A stretch of DNA of 61,373 nt, filler included, from Circinaria calcarea (taxonomy: Eukaryota): assembly GCA_051942165.1 (NCBI GenBank). It is 3 parts of 3 records of this genome, joined end to end, with 100 filler letters (N's around TTAATTAATTAA, not from the genome) between each part and the next. Parts side by side here need not be neighbours in the genome. Positions count along the whole stretch, not along the records: positions 1 to 20,457 come from JAVECS010000177.1; positions 20,558 to 40,939 come from JAVECS010000178.1; 1 more part is not named here. One strand, given 5' to 3'. Position 1 is the first letter of the stretch; the number at the start of each line of letters is the position of its first letter. Below, piece by piece: positions 17,741-27,625 of the stretch. A model generated the notes under the pieces. The model saw nothing but the letters and a program-made list of their open reading frames with translations. It ran no database searches and was not told the DNA's origin. The position numbers and the translations under genes were made by a program.

Positions 17741-18725
17741 CTACGGTCCCTCCTCGTTCTCAATCGGAAGACGAACTAAGGTACCACGCACCGTAACTAA
17801 CTGCTCGGCGGACTTGTTCCCCAAAGAGGCTTCAAGGTGGAATTCCGGATGAAACGCCTCTTTCCCAATCCGATGCCTCAGTTTTGGTCGGCACTGTCGA
17901 TGCTGTCTCGATCAACTCCTTCTTTCAACGTCCGTCGTCCCGCTTTCCTCGTAGCCTGCAAATCAACCTTTTGGACCACGGCGCTATCCGCTTTGAATGC
18001 CTGATCCCTCATATAACGTTGGGACCCTGCTCCGCACCACTTGCTCCTCACTACCATGTGCTGAGCCCCAACCCTTCAGCTATCTATTCGTACCACTCTG
18101 CTCGTCCATTATATCGTCGCTGTCCCACCGCTGGTTCGTCTTCTTCTTCCAGTATAGCCTTAGACACGGCCGGTCGTCATCATCCATTCCCCGCTCCTCT
18201 TCCTCTTCCTCCGCCTCCACCGCTCAACTACGACCAGCACCTGTACCCACCGGCCAAGCCTGAACAGCTCCGCACCCAAACCATCGAACCTCGAGCCTTG
18301 CCACCCAGACCCCACCAAAGCCTTTGCTCTGTCCATTCGCCGGCTGTTGGAGTTGTTGCGACTTGGAAGCCTTGTCTTGACCGGTAACACTTACCACATG
18401 TGCTCTTGACATACCTCTCGACCGTATTGCAAGCGTCCATCTGTGTCTTGAACCACTTCTTATTTCTTCCTCTTACCGCATTCTCTACCTTTGCGGGGTG
18501 CCCGAGCGTCATAAACTTTCTCGATCCCCCAAACGTTATTTGGGTCCAAGCCCCCCGCTTGAGCACCGTAAAAGCAATAAAAGGTCAAAGGGCGCCCGCC
18601 GCTCGTTGACTTGAGCACAGACACGTTTGAACTGCCTGTATGTATCTCTTCAACGTCTGTCATACTCTTCAAGCAAAACACTCACCATGCGTTAGGAGGC
18701 TAGGTTGACTCGGCATATCGTCGGC

Positions 18726-19679
18726 ATGCCCTCGCACAAGAGGGGACCGTGGTCTCAGCAAGAGGACTCATGGCTACTGCAACTCGTCTCTTCGCAAGGT
18801 GCGCACAACTGGGTTCGCATCTCTCACATAATCGGGACGAGGACACCGAAACAATGCCGAGAACGCTTTCACCAGAATCTGAAACCGAGCCTGAACCACG
18901 AGCCTATTACGCCGGAAGAGGGTGTGATGATTGAGCGGCTGGTCGGGGAGATGGGTAAGCGGTGGGCGGAGATTGCTCGTCGCCTTCGGGGTCGGAGCGA
19001 CAATGCAGTGAAGAATTGGTGGAACGGTGGGATGAACCGTCGGAGGCGATTGGTAGGCCGGCGGGACAGCGGCGCTCAGGATGGGGAGTTGTTCAACGAG
19101 AGGACGGAGCATCTCTCCTTTGCCAGGCCAGTGTCGACGCTCAACCGGCCGTTGCCGAGTATTTTCATCCCCACAGCAGGAAACCGGATCGAGCTGCCTT
19201 TAATCTCACCCGCGACTTCATTGGGCTCGCGGTCCAATTCCATCAGTGAGGCGCCGTCATTGATTTCGGATCACGGCTCTCAATTCTCACCTTCTCCGCA
19301 AGACGCAGAATCGCCAACCTTTCGATTACCGCCGATCAACAACCTCCGCCGGGGATCGCATCCGAATAGGCTTCCCAGGCTTTCAATGGGCGAGTCACCC
19401 GCCGGGTTTGAAAGCCACTCACCGATCGGCCGACCAAGCGGACAACAATCGTCGATGCCTACGCTGAACAGAAGCCTCGAGACCAGGAATCTCCATCACC
19501 TAGCAGAGATAGCCACCCAGTCGAAACCGGTACCCCCGCCAGAGGCGTATCCAAATCACTATCAGTCGTCCATGACGAATATAAATAACCGTGAAGCTCC
19601 ACCGGCATCTTATTCGCCTTCATATTCGCCGGCTTCAGCTCGTGACTCGAGAATGAACCTCTCGACGCTTCTGAGCTGA
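18726..19679 (+). CDS. flbD: R2R3-type Myb transcription factor, FlbD/RCA-1 orthologue
   Basis: MPSHKRGPWSQQEDSWLLQLV...NWVRIS...RTPKQCRERFHQNLKPSL...WAEIARRLRGRSDNAVKNWWNG and C-terminal DSRMNLSTLL match the FlbD family. First ATG is 18726 (the ORF track starts at an upstream TTG). Confidence 0.88.
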   Translation: MPSHKRGPWSQQEDSWLLQLVSSQGAHNWVRISHIIGTRTPKQCRERFHQNLKPSLNHEPITPEEGVMIERLVGEMGKRWAEIARRLRGRSDNAVKNWWNGGMNRRRRLVGRRDSGAQDGELFNERTEHLSFARPVSTLNRPLPSIFIPTAGNRIELPLISPATSLGSRSNSISEAPSLISDHGSQFSPSPQDAESPTFRLPPINNLRRGSHPNRLPRLSMGESPAGFESHSPIGRPSGQQSSMPTLNRSLETRNLHHLAEIATQSKPVPPPEAYPNHYQSSMTNINNREAPPASYSPSYSPASARDSRMNLSTLLS

Positions 19680-20457
19680 ACGGTCCTCCACTCCACCCTG
19701 ATGCTTTTATGTACACTGAAATGGCTTATGGAGGCGGTAACATTGGACGACGTGCGAAAGACGGCAGAGACTGGACAGGCGCGAACCTCTTGATGGCCTT
19801 GGCAGAGGATCGATTTGGCTCTTTTCTCATCATACCCACGCGCATTGACGCGATCGCGATTTACTACTTGTGTTTAATAGCTGCTCGGAAAGACCATCAT
19901 CGGGACGTCCTAACTTTTCCGCCACTCGAAAGATTGTTTTATTCTGGCTTGCCGCTGGGGGAAGGAGTAGGCTTGTCATATCTAATCGACTAAACTCTCG
20001 ACATATACTGTATTTCTTCCTTGACCATTTACTTGTACCTAATTTGACGATAGAGAAAGGGCCGTGCTATTGGGAAGGGAACCCGAAGGCGGAAACAGAC
20101 ACAAGTGTCTTTTGGTTGGGGCGGGGAACGGCGCAATATAGAATGAGGAATTTGGTGACTTATCTTTGTCCGGATATATATGTCCATATGTTTGGTGGTC
20201 ATGTCCAAGATTCAGCTGATGTACGATTTGTGTGTATATCTAAATACGCTCGCTCCTCTTAAGGGAGGCAGGTTCTAAGATGCATTAAAAAGTCAAAATC
20301 GACGATCAACGGGTACCTACACACACCCAGGTGAATGTGGGAAGTGTTCTTTACCGTCATCAACACGACGATTACAGATGTGCGTCGGGAGAAAACGAGC
20401 GGGCGTTGCGCGACTGATAAAACCCCCCCCCCTTCTGCGCCTGCCCTGCCTTCTTTC

Positions 20458-20557
20458 NNNNNNNNNNNNNNNNNNNNNNNNNNNNNNNNNNNNNNNNNNN
20501 NTTAATTAATTAANNNNNNNNNNNNNNNNNNNNNNNNNNNNNNNNNNNNNNNNNNNN
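20458..20557. other. Scaffold gap with artificial six-frame-stop linker (N44-TTAATTAATTAA-N44)
   Basis: 100-nt N block with central TTAATTAATTAA; identical structure at 40940-41039. Confidence 0.97.
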
Positions 20558-21375
20558 CTTTGGGAGTAGGATTTTGAGAGTCCATTCTTGGTGGGTCATA
20601 CGCGACGGTCGTTTCCGAGAATTTCTCCTGCGCGACCTCATTGGCGATATTGGCACCAGAGAGAGCACCGACATAGATACCTAACTTCGATCCAATGAAT
20701 TCAGAGAAGAGGGATATACCCGAAGGAGAAACCTCGACACCCTTTATACAGGATACGCCGCGCGCATAGGGGACTATAGAATCTTTCATGTCGTCGCAGA
20801 GCTTGGAAATAAACTGGTGAGGAAGGTTAAAGATCAGGACCGTAGAGTTTTGGACCGCATCGGTAAGTGAGGGATTGGCGATGATATTATGAGGAAGGGG
20901 TATTGAGGGGAGGTATTTGACGTTTTCATGGAAGTGATTGATGAGGTCGGTGAGTTTCTGGGGTTCTGTACACAGCGAGGAAGATTCATCGTAATGGCTG
21001 GATTCTTTCGGGACTGTAACCTTCTCTTCGTACACCCACATTTGAACGTTTGGCTCGAAGATCTCCGGATGCGAAGCTGTGTTCTCGGCGACGATCTTGG
21101 CGATAGCTGAGCCCCTTTATGAATATGGCATTAGCACAATTGACGATAAGCAAGCATCAATACAGAGTCAAGGTGAGGTACCAATTGCCAGATCCAACGA
21201 CGGTGACCTTGTGTCGCTTTTCGTGGGGTGCTAGAGTTCCCATGTTTACGGTCTTAGGGGTAAAAAGTCTTCGTGGAGTACTGAATGAGGTTTCGTAACC
21301 TCTTCTGAGGACCGAGTAGGAAGCTCTGAAATAGTGAGTAGTTGGTCTACGAAGAAATGTTGGCCAAGCACGCAT
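20558..21375 (-). CDS. GPD1: NAD-dependent glycerol-3-phosphate dehydrogenase, 5' part (3' end lost in gap)
   Basis: [22 protein letters not shown]...VQMWVYEE...HENVKYLP...[10 protein letters not shown]...SCIKG...[12 protein letters not shown]. Intron 21115-21181. Two in-frame ATGs at 21375 and 21243. Confidence 0.93.
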
Positions 21376-22072
21376 CAACTGCCAGGCAATTCCTTAGCAA
21401 CACAATGCAGAGAAAGCTAAGCCACACTGGATTGCAAAGAAGATACAACAGAGGAAGAATTATCCTACCGGAGAATAAGTTGAGGGCAAGAGAAACAACT
21501 CGGTGGCATCAGCAGGAAAGTCGTGTGCCCACCTGCATGTCGCAACCGTTGAACAGCTCAGTTACGTAGCTGGGGGCGCTAGATAAGCCCCACTGCGTCC
21601 GGGGAACCATGTGCTCGGGCCGTTATCGTTTATCTGATATCAGGGTTAAGCGATATCTTAGCTTACCCTAAAAGCGGGTCCTAAAAAGATTCACGGTCTG
21701 TGAGATTATTCCCTCTGCGCGAGGATCCTAGCTTTCTACTGGCTACGCTGTCAATGGGAGTCATGGCTATTCACCTATACTCGCTTACTTGAATCTTGTG
21801 AAGCCCATTCATTCTACATTTGACCAGAACAAGATCCTCCTACCTGCCCTTGACGCAAAATTGACACTGAAAACGCTCAGTCACTTCCAAGAGCAACAAA
21901 TCCCCACGTAAGTAATCGCATAAGTCACTTTCGAACATCAGAATATGGTGCAATCGACGGTTTTTTCTTAAGTCTATTCTCCTTAATGGTCATTACGCTA
22001 TTCCACGCTGAGGAAAGCACGTCAAACTCCTAAGAACAAGTAGCTGGCTGCCCCAAAGAGTAAAATAGCATT

Positions 22073-22231
22073 CTAAACGTTGTAGCCATAAGTCCTGAGC
22101 GTTTGGAGAACCGTGAATTCTTCAACTTCGTAGCCGGAGCTCCAAAGTTCCGTAACGATATAGGAAATGGACCTTCCGGCTTGCCAGAGGCTGACGACGA
22201 TGCCTACTGCGGTGTTGTTCCAGACAGGCAT
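22073..22231 (-). CDS. Putative 52-aa microprotein, helix-turn-helix-like
   Basis: Manual translation MPVWNNTAVGIVVSLWQAGRSISYIVTELWSSGYEVEEFTVLQTLRTYGYNV*. A at -3, C/A-rich leader and TATAAG about 140 nt upstream. Below the 60-aa ORF-track cut-off. Confidence 0.55.
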   Translation of the reverse strand: MPVWNNTAVGIVVSLWQAGRSISYIVTELWSSGYEVEEFTVLQTLRTYGYNV

Positions 22232-22863
22232 TCTGATGAGGTATTGTTCGAGGATCTAGCGATTGGGTTTTCCTTGGCTTCTGAATGGGGTTTGAGAAGG
22301 CTGTTGTAGATGTGTGTTTGTTGAAGAGATGCGATGCGTGGTGATGTTCGGAGGGTCCGGTTCGCATTACTTATAATGGGGAGTATGCAGCCCTGGAGGA
22401 ACCTGGAGGGAAAGGATGGTGCAGAACAAAGGCATTGTTCAGTCGACAACGGTGGATCAATAACCGAAATTTACGCTCAAGAAATTGAGGACAACGGTTT
22501 GTTAGTGGCACAGACAAAGCCTGAGTGACAATGCGTTGTAATCAACCTCTGACTTATCTCTTTTTGTGATTGACGGACAAAGCCAGACAGTTCTCCACCT
22601 CGGTGGGACCAGAAAATAGCTCTCTTTTGATTGTGGACTTTCTAGGTACTAGGTTTCTCGTGCAATTGTTCCTTTGCCAATTGAAATTAGTATTATGAAA
22701 ATCCACCAGTATCAGTCTACTCACCAGGTGCCTCAGATCTCAAGCCTATGATAGCGAAACGCAATGTATTCGTTATAATGCGCTGAGTAGATCATCCTTG
22801 TTAACAGCGAAAGGGTTGACGCTCAACTAGCCATAGCAAAGCAGACGACTCTATACTTGATGC

Positions 22864-23913
22864 TCAGGAATTGGCCACGGAAGCTGTCAATCGCGCAGCT
22901 TCAGCATTCAGCTTTGCTGCCTCCTGCATCAGACGCGCAGCTTGCTGCATCAACTTAGCAGCCTCCATTCTGGTTTCTTGCGGGGTTCTGCTGGGTTGGT
23001 GGCCGGCACCGGTGGGCAGACTCTGGCCTGTGAGTCCAATGCGTGTAGAAGAGCCGATATTCGGAGCAGGAACTCCTGTTGCTTGCTGGGTGTGAACACT
23101 TGCCTGTTGTCCATTTGTATTCGCGTTGTGATTGCCGTTCTCTAGGATTGGATTTAATGAATTGGCGTGTTGTGCATGGCGAGATGTGGCGTTGAGAATG
23201 TGACTTGACAGCTGCTGAAAACCCGGCAGGCCGTGACCAGTTCTGTTCGGCATAGCAATGCTATCGCCGCCAAGCACGTCATGACCTGTGTCTTGGACTT
23301 CTAGTTGTCCTTGAACGTCTTCTTCACCGAAATCATATTGCACTCCAACATCGCCATTTGCGTCATCATGATTGATGTGCTGATTGTTGTCGTTTGAATC
23401 CGATGTTGAACCCCGGAGCTGTGGACAGCGTCCGCTTCTATGGTAAGCCTTGCCACAAAGGCCACAAGGTTCTTTAGAGGGCGGTGCGAGATGAGCTTTG
23501 ACTTTCTGCGCCTGGCGTAACGCAATCTTTTGTCCATATCTTCGTTCTACCACCTCCATGATCGTCTTGGTGGATGTTTCTCGATCCACTGTGAGAAGTT
23601 TGGGCACGACTTCAAGAAGGAATTTCAGCTTGCAGGTCTCTGCTCTCTTGATATCCTGGGAAGCCACCTGTCCTGCAGTAGTACAATTATGAACATGGTC
23701 GACAGTAGTGACTTTTGCGAATCCCAATTTTTCATGAAAATTTGCACGAATCCTGAAGGGACAGTCAGGAGATGAGCGGCACCCAGCACGCACCCGATGG
23801 GTATCACTATCGAGAATGGCCGGAGTAAAATTCTCCTCTACAGCCCACTCGTGTAAAGCCTTCTTGAAGTCGATAAGAGAAGAAAACTTTTGCCCTGGTA
23901 TAATGGCCGGCAT
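22864..23913 (-). CDS. MULE/MuDR transposase-derived zinc-finger protein without DDE domain (probable domesticated regulator)
   Basis: GQKFSSLIDFKKALHEWAVEENF is a MuDR N-terminal-type motif, followed by a C-x5-C-x23-H-x-C finger, a CGLCGKAYHRSGRC knuckle and an Ala/Gln-rich coiled-coil tail. First ATG at 23913. Confidence 0.75.
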   Translation of the reverse strand: MPAIIPGQKFSSLIDFKKALHEWAVEENFTPAILDSDTHRVRAGCRSSPDCPFRIRANFHEKLGFAKVTTVDHVHNCTTAGQVASQDIKRAETCKLKFLLEVVPKLLTVDRETSTKTIMEVVERRYGQKIALRQAQKVKAHLAPPSKEPCGLCGKAYHRSGRCPQLRGSTSDSNDNNQHINHDDANGDVGVQYDFGEEDVQGQLEVQDTGHDVLGGDSIAMPNRTGHGLPGFQQLSSHILNATSRHAQHANSLNPILENGNHNANTNGQQASVHTQQATGVPAPNIGSSTRIGLTGQSLPTGAGHQPSRTPQETRMEAAKLMQQAARLMQEAAKLNAEAARLTASVANS

Positions 23914-24447
23914 TGTAGTAGGAAAGTCTGCATATGCAAAGTACGCCTGAACCACGCCTCTCGGAGATAAACCACATATGTATAGAGCAAACTGCAGCAC
24001 CTTACGGAAGTAATGCAGTCAACTCCACAAGCCTGGTATCAGGCACGGTAACCTACTCAATGTTATATGATTTGAGTATAGGAGCTTGCATCAATTTGAG
24101 TTGGTCATGATGCATCAGTGCTTCTGCTGGGTATATAGTAACACAGTATCATTGTCGGCTTAATCTGATGACTGAGAACGGCAGATGGGAAGTTTTTGGC
24201 AATATGTCTGACTATCTTCTTGCAGATATGGACGATTGATGTACTCTGGTCCAGGTTCTTGGCAGCATAAGGCCTTCATAATGCTCTATTCTCTAAATAG
24301 ACTAGCTTCAATAGCAGCAGTCTTCTAATTGGATGATACCCCTACCATACTCATGAAGCGAGTACCTCCGATGTGATAAGACCACCGGTATGATTTATGT
24401 GTACGTTTGGCGAGGGAGATTGTTTTTAATATCTTGACAACAATGTC

Positions 24448-25542
24448 TTAATGGCTTTCTATCCGTTGTAGAAATGTGAGTATTTTATCAAAAACTCCCC
24501 CTCTCACCCTTTTAATCGCCTCAGAATTCGACTCCTCGCTTTCCACTACTGCACTACTTAGATTGTGTGATGCCCCTGTAATCACATCACTTCCTTCATC
24601 CATCATCCCTCCACCTGCTTCCATTGCATCCGCCCACCGCCTTAGCAGAGCCACCTTGTCCACCCCAATAGGCACATATTCGTCGGCCCCACTATAAAGT
24701 ACTAGCAATGGCACGCCTTTATTCCCCACGACGCCAAAAGTCTTTTCAAGAACCGCGCTATCCAAGTCACTGCTAAAATAATCGTCCTCCCCTCCCCGCG
24801 CCATTAAGCTTACCCATCGTCGCGCACATATGGGAACTCCAAAAAATGCACTGACCTCGCTGAGTACTTCCTCACCTTTGCCTTGGGACAGCAGCTGCTC
24901 CGCACGTGCTAGTTCGAGTGGAGCGCCTAACAGCGCGAAGCCCTCGCGGTCACTCACTGGCGCTTGCAGTACAACTCCATCCACATGTGGTCGTTCTGTC
25001 TCCGCATTGTCTCCTATCAGCTGGGAAGTCAGATAATGCATCGCGTCCTGGCAGCCAGTTGAGTGACCCATCAATAGGATTTTGCTATTTGGGCGTAATT
25101 GCTGGATGTAAGTGATCAGAAGCACAAGTTCACGCGCATCGGAACCCAGCGAGGAAACGCCCCACCCGTTATAGGACGATGATAGGAGTGGCTGCACAAG
25201 CCGCCAAGCGGGAGGGAGCCAAGTAGAAAGAGGTATGGTGTAAGGAACTGTGAGAAGACCATCGGAGAGCCCGCCAACGAAGATGAGAGTATGAACTTTA
25301 GAGGGGTTTGGAGATGGACCTTCGGACTGGTTGGCTGCAGTTGAGAACATGCGTGCGCTTGGAGGTGCATGCTCGTAGGCGACGAGAGAGGGGGTCTGTA
25401 CGACCCCGTTGATAAAATTAACAAAATGACTATTTAGGAGGAAGATGAAGGGGGGGAAGGGAGGAAATGAAGGAATTACAACGAAAGAATAACGTACATA
25501 GTGGTGGAGAGTGCCACCTGTAAGAGTAGATGGATTGAACAT
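24448..25542 (-). CDS. DUF1749/UPF0613 alpha/beta hydrolase (SidJ fusarinine C esterase-like)
   Basis: LIFVGGLSDGLLTVPY, nucleophile elbow MGHSTGCQD, LQAPVSDRE, DDYFSSDL, SGADEYVP, GASH. Probable in-frame intron 25396-25497. Confidence 0.85.
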   Translation of the reverse strand: MFNPSTLTGGTLHHYVRYSFVVIPSFPPFPPFIFLLNSHFVNFINGVVQTPSLVAYEHAPPSARMFSTAANQSEGPSPNPSKVHTLIFVGGLSDGLLTVPYTIPLSTWLPPAWRLVQPLLSSSYNGWGVSSLGSDARELVLLITYIQQLRPNSKILLMGHSTGCQDAMHYLTSQLIGDNAETERPHVDGVVLQAPVSDREGFALLGAPLELARAEQLLSQGKGEEVLSEVSAFFGVPICARRWVSLMARGGEDDYFSSDLDSAVLEKTFGVVGNKGVPLLVLYSGADEYVPIGVDKVALLRRWADAMEAGGGMMDEGSDVITGASHNLSSAVVESEESNSEAIKRVRGGVFDKILTFLQRIESH

Positions 25543-25986
25543 GTCTGAAGGCTGCTTCGACTGAGAATGACAAGACGCTGATGCTTTGATTGAAAGAGTG
25601 GGCTTTGAGAGAAAAAGTTCAACCCACTTTCAGATACGGGATCCTTTCGACGGCGGCGTTTCGGGTCAGAAGAATGCGCTTCACAAAATGTAAAATGTGG
25701 GATGCTTGATAAAAGCCGCCTAAACATCACAAGAGATTTCTACGTCGGAAAGATATTACGCTAACAATATCAGGAGCCGTTCGCACATGGTTCTGATAGG
25801 CCTCTCCAGCCCAATTCGTCCGACCATTCTAACCTCACGTAATGGCAGAAATGGATGTTAGTGGAGAGGCTTATAGGGTTGGAAGTACTAAGATGGCACA
25901 CGATCGCTCTGGAGATCCCTGCAATCACAGAGTCAAGCACAGAGGACGCACAACAGAGGCTGGTCACGACCATGTAGAGAAACATC

Positions 25987-25995
25987 TATATAAAA
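25987..25995 (+). promoter_or_regulatory. TATA box upstream of the secreted-peptide locus
   Basis: TATATAAAA about 90 nt before the signal-peptide-like coding region. Confidence 0.55.
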
Positions 25996-26083
25996 CATGT
26001 TCGCACGTCTAGTTCTCGCCAGCAGCAAGAGACCTTCCGATTCCATTCTTCAAGGCACCCAGTCTCGTACCATCCAACTCTAT

Positions 26084-26485
26084 TTGCAGTTTTCCATCGC
26101 TTCCCTCACCCTCCTGTCCTCCGCCACTATCAGCTCAGCCTACAATTTTGACCAAGGCATCTATGCTCGTGACGCCGACGCCGACGCCTACGCCGAACAT
26201 GGACTCCATGAGCGGGACCCCTATTTGCACGAGGCCATCATCCAGGCTCGTGAGGCCCACGAAGTTTACCAGACGGTTTGTTTGAACCCTTAACCCCAAT
26301 CTTCCCAACTGTTGCTCACGCCGCTGATACTAGAGTCAATAGCTCAACCGTCGTCTCGGCTTGAAGGATTGCCCTTTTATTGAATGTTTCTATTCTATCC
26401 GTGCCAAACTCGGTGCTCCAGCTGCCATAACGGCTTCTGCTTGAACAAGCCTCCGTCTCCGCCTTCGAGGCATGGACGTTATTGA
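26084..26485 (+). pseudogene. Disrupted (or mis-assembled) precursor of a secreted six-cysteine peptide
   Basis: Signal-like (L/M)QFSIASLTLLSSATISSA starting at TTG, pro-region YARDADADAYAE..LHERD, intron 26276-26342, then LNRR|LGLKDCPFIECFY and, after a one-base frame change near 26395, YPCQTRCSSCHNGFCLNKPPSPPSRHGRY*. Confidence 0.6.
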
Positions 26486-27625
26486 ATTGCATGGACTCAT
26501 GCAGTACAAGAACTTGGAAAGAAGAGGAACTACACGCGGGCTAGGACTGTTGAATCTTGCGTTGGGGCTTGAAGATTGTAAATCCTGATTAGTTACTTTA
26601 GACGCTTCCTTTGCACCTGCAACTGTTCCAAAAGTTGAACGATATACCGAGATAAAACCGCTCGAGCTGAAGTTGCATGTCCGTTTTCAAGTTCTTCTTT
26701 CACGCAATCGAAGCTGTAAGCTCCTCTTGATATGGAAACGTCCGACCAGTATAAAGTATAAATTTACCACAGGTAATAAGAGTCAAGTATTCTTGCATCT
26801 TCGCATCCGTACTTAAATCGATAAAATTCGAGGAAGGAACCTCGTCCTCGTGAGTAAGCTATGCAAGTCTCGGCACCGTTGAAATGGATACACGCTGCTC
26901 TAACTTCTAAGCAGTGAGAAACTATATCTATGACTGATGCGGTATACTTTTACAAGATGGTCAACACGAAGACAATGAAAGGTCATTCCCCAGGATCTAT
27001 ACAATAACTGTAAACAAAAAAGGAAGCATGGCTAACGTTCTCCGAGACTTGGAGCTCACCCGTATCGCATATGCTACTTGGCCTCTCGACTAGGTGTAAT
27101 CAGGAAGCGGTATTGTAGGGCATTTGCCTTAGATATGAGGAGAGGGGCACGGGGTAAACAGAAAGCGCTATAAAGGCGATAATGGATAAGTTATAATAGC
27201 TGTCAAGAGGAGAATATTGCAAACTGCAAGAGAATGTACTTAAACGTGACCGGATGAACAGGACCAGTGGGGAGGAAAGCAATAGGGCGCGTACTCAATT
27301 TCGCGCTGCTGGTGTGTACAGTAGTGTAGGAAGCAGACCACCTTTTTTTTCCAACACACCGTTCAACGATCCTTCCAGTCGAGCATTCTCATTACAGACT
27401 GCCCTCAATGTGATTCACGGCTTCCGCAATTGGATCCTCCTCCTCCCGCTCTCAATGCTTGTTCTCTTCAATTGCTTGAGTTCCTGTACATAAATTGACT
27501 CCCATATGACTTCCCTCCCTCTCTGCATCTCCATAACCTACCACTTATTATTACTCACCAAATTGTTCTTCAATACAACAGACTGCTTCATACTCCGCTC
27601 AACCTGAACAAAGGCTCCTTGAACC

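Noticed and set aside
11400..18650. Dozens of 60-170 aa ORFs on both strands
   Set aside because: Low-complexity, overlapping, often with non-ATG starts and no recognisable domains; expected by chance at this GC content.
11400..18700. Telomerase RNA or spliceosomal snRNA hidden in the long intergenic region
   Set aside because: I found no TAACCCTAA-type template on either strand and no U1/U2/U5/U6, RNase P/MRP or tRNA signatures by eye. An Infernal scan would be needed to exclude them fully.
20502..20513. TTAATTAATTAA palindrome occurring twice (also 40984-40995) as a biological repeat
   Set aside because: Centred in identical N blocks with stops in all six frames; it is an assembly linker.
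24100..24175. Possible C/D box snoRNA (ATGATGC...CTGA with a GTCA/TGAC stem)
   Set aside because: The C box is imperfect and only about 8 nt before the D box match 18S rRNA, too short for a guide.
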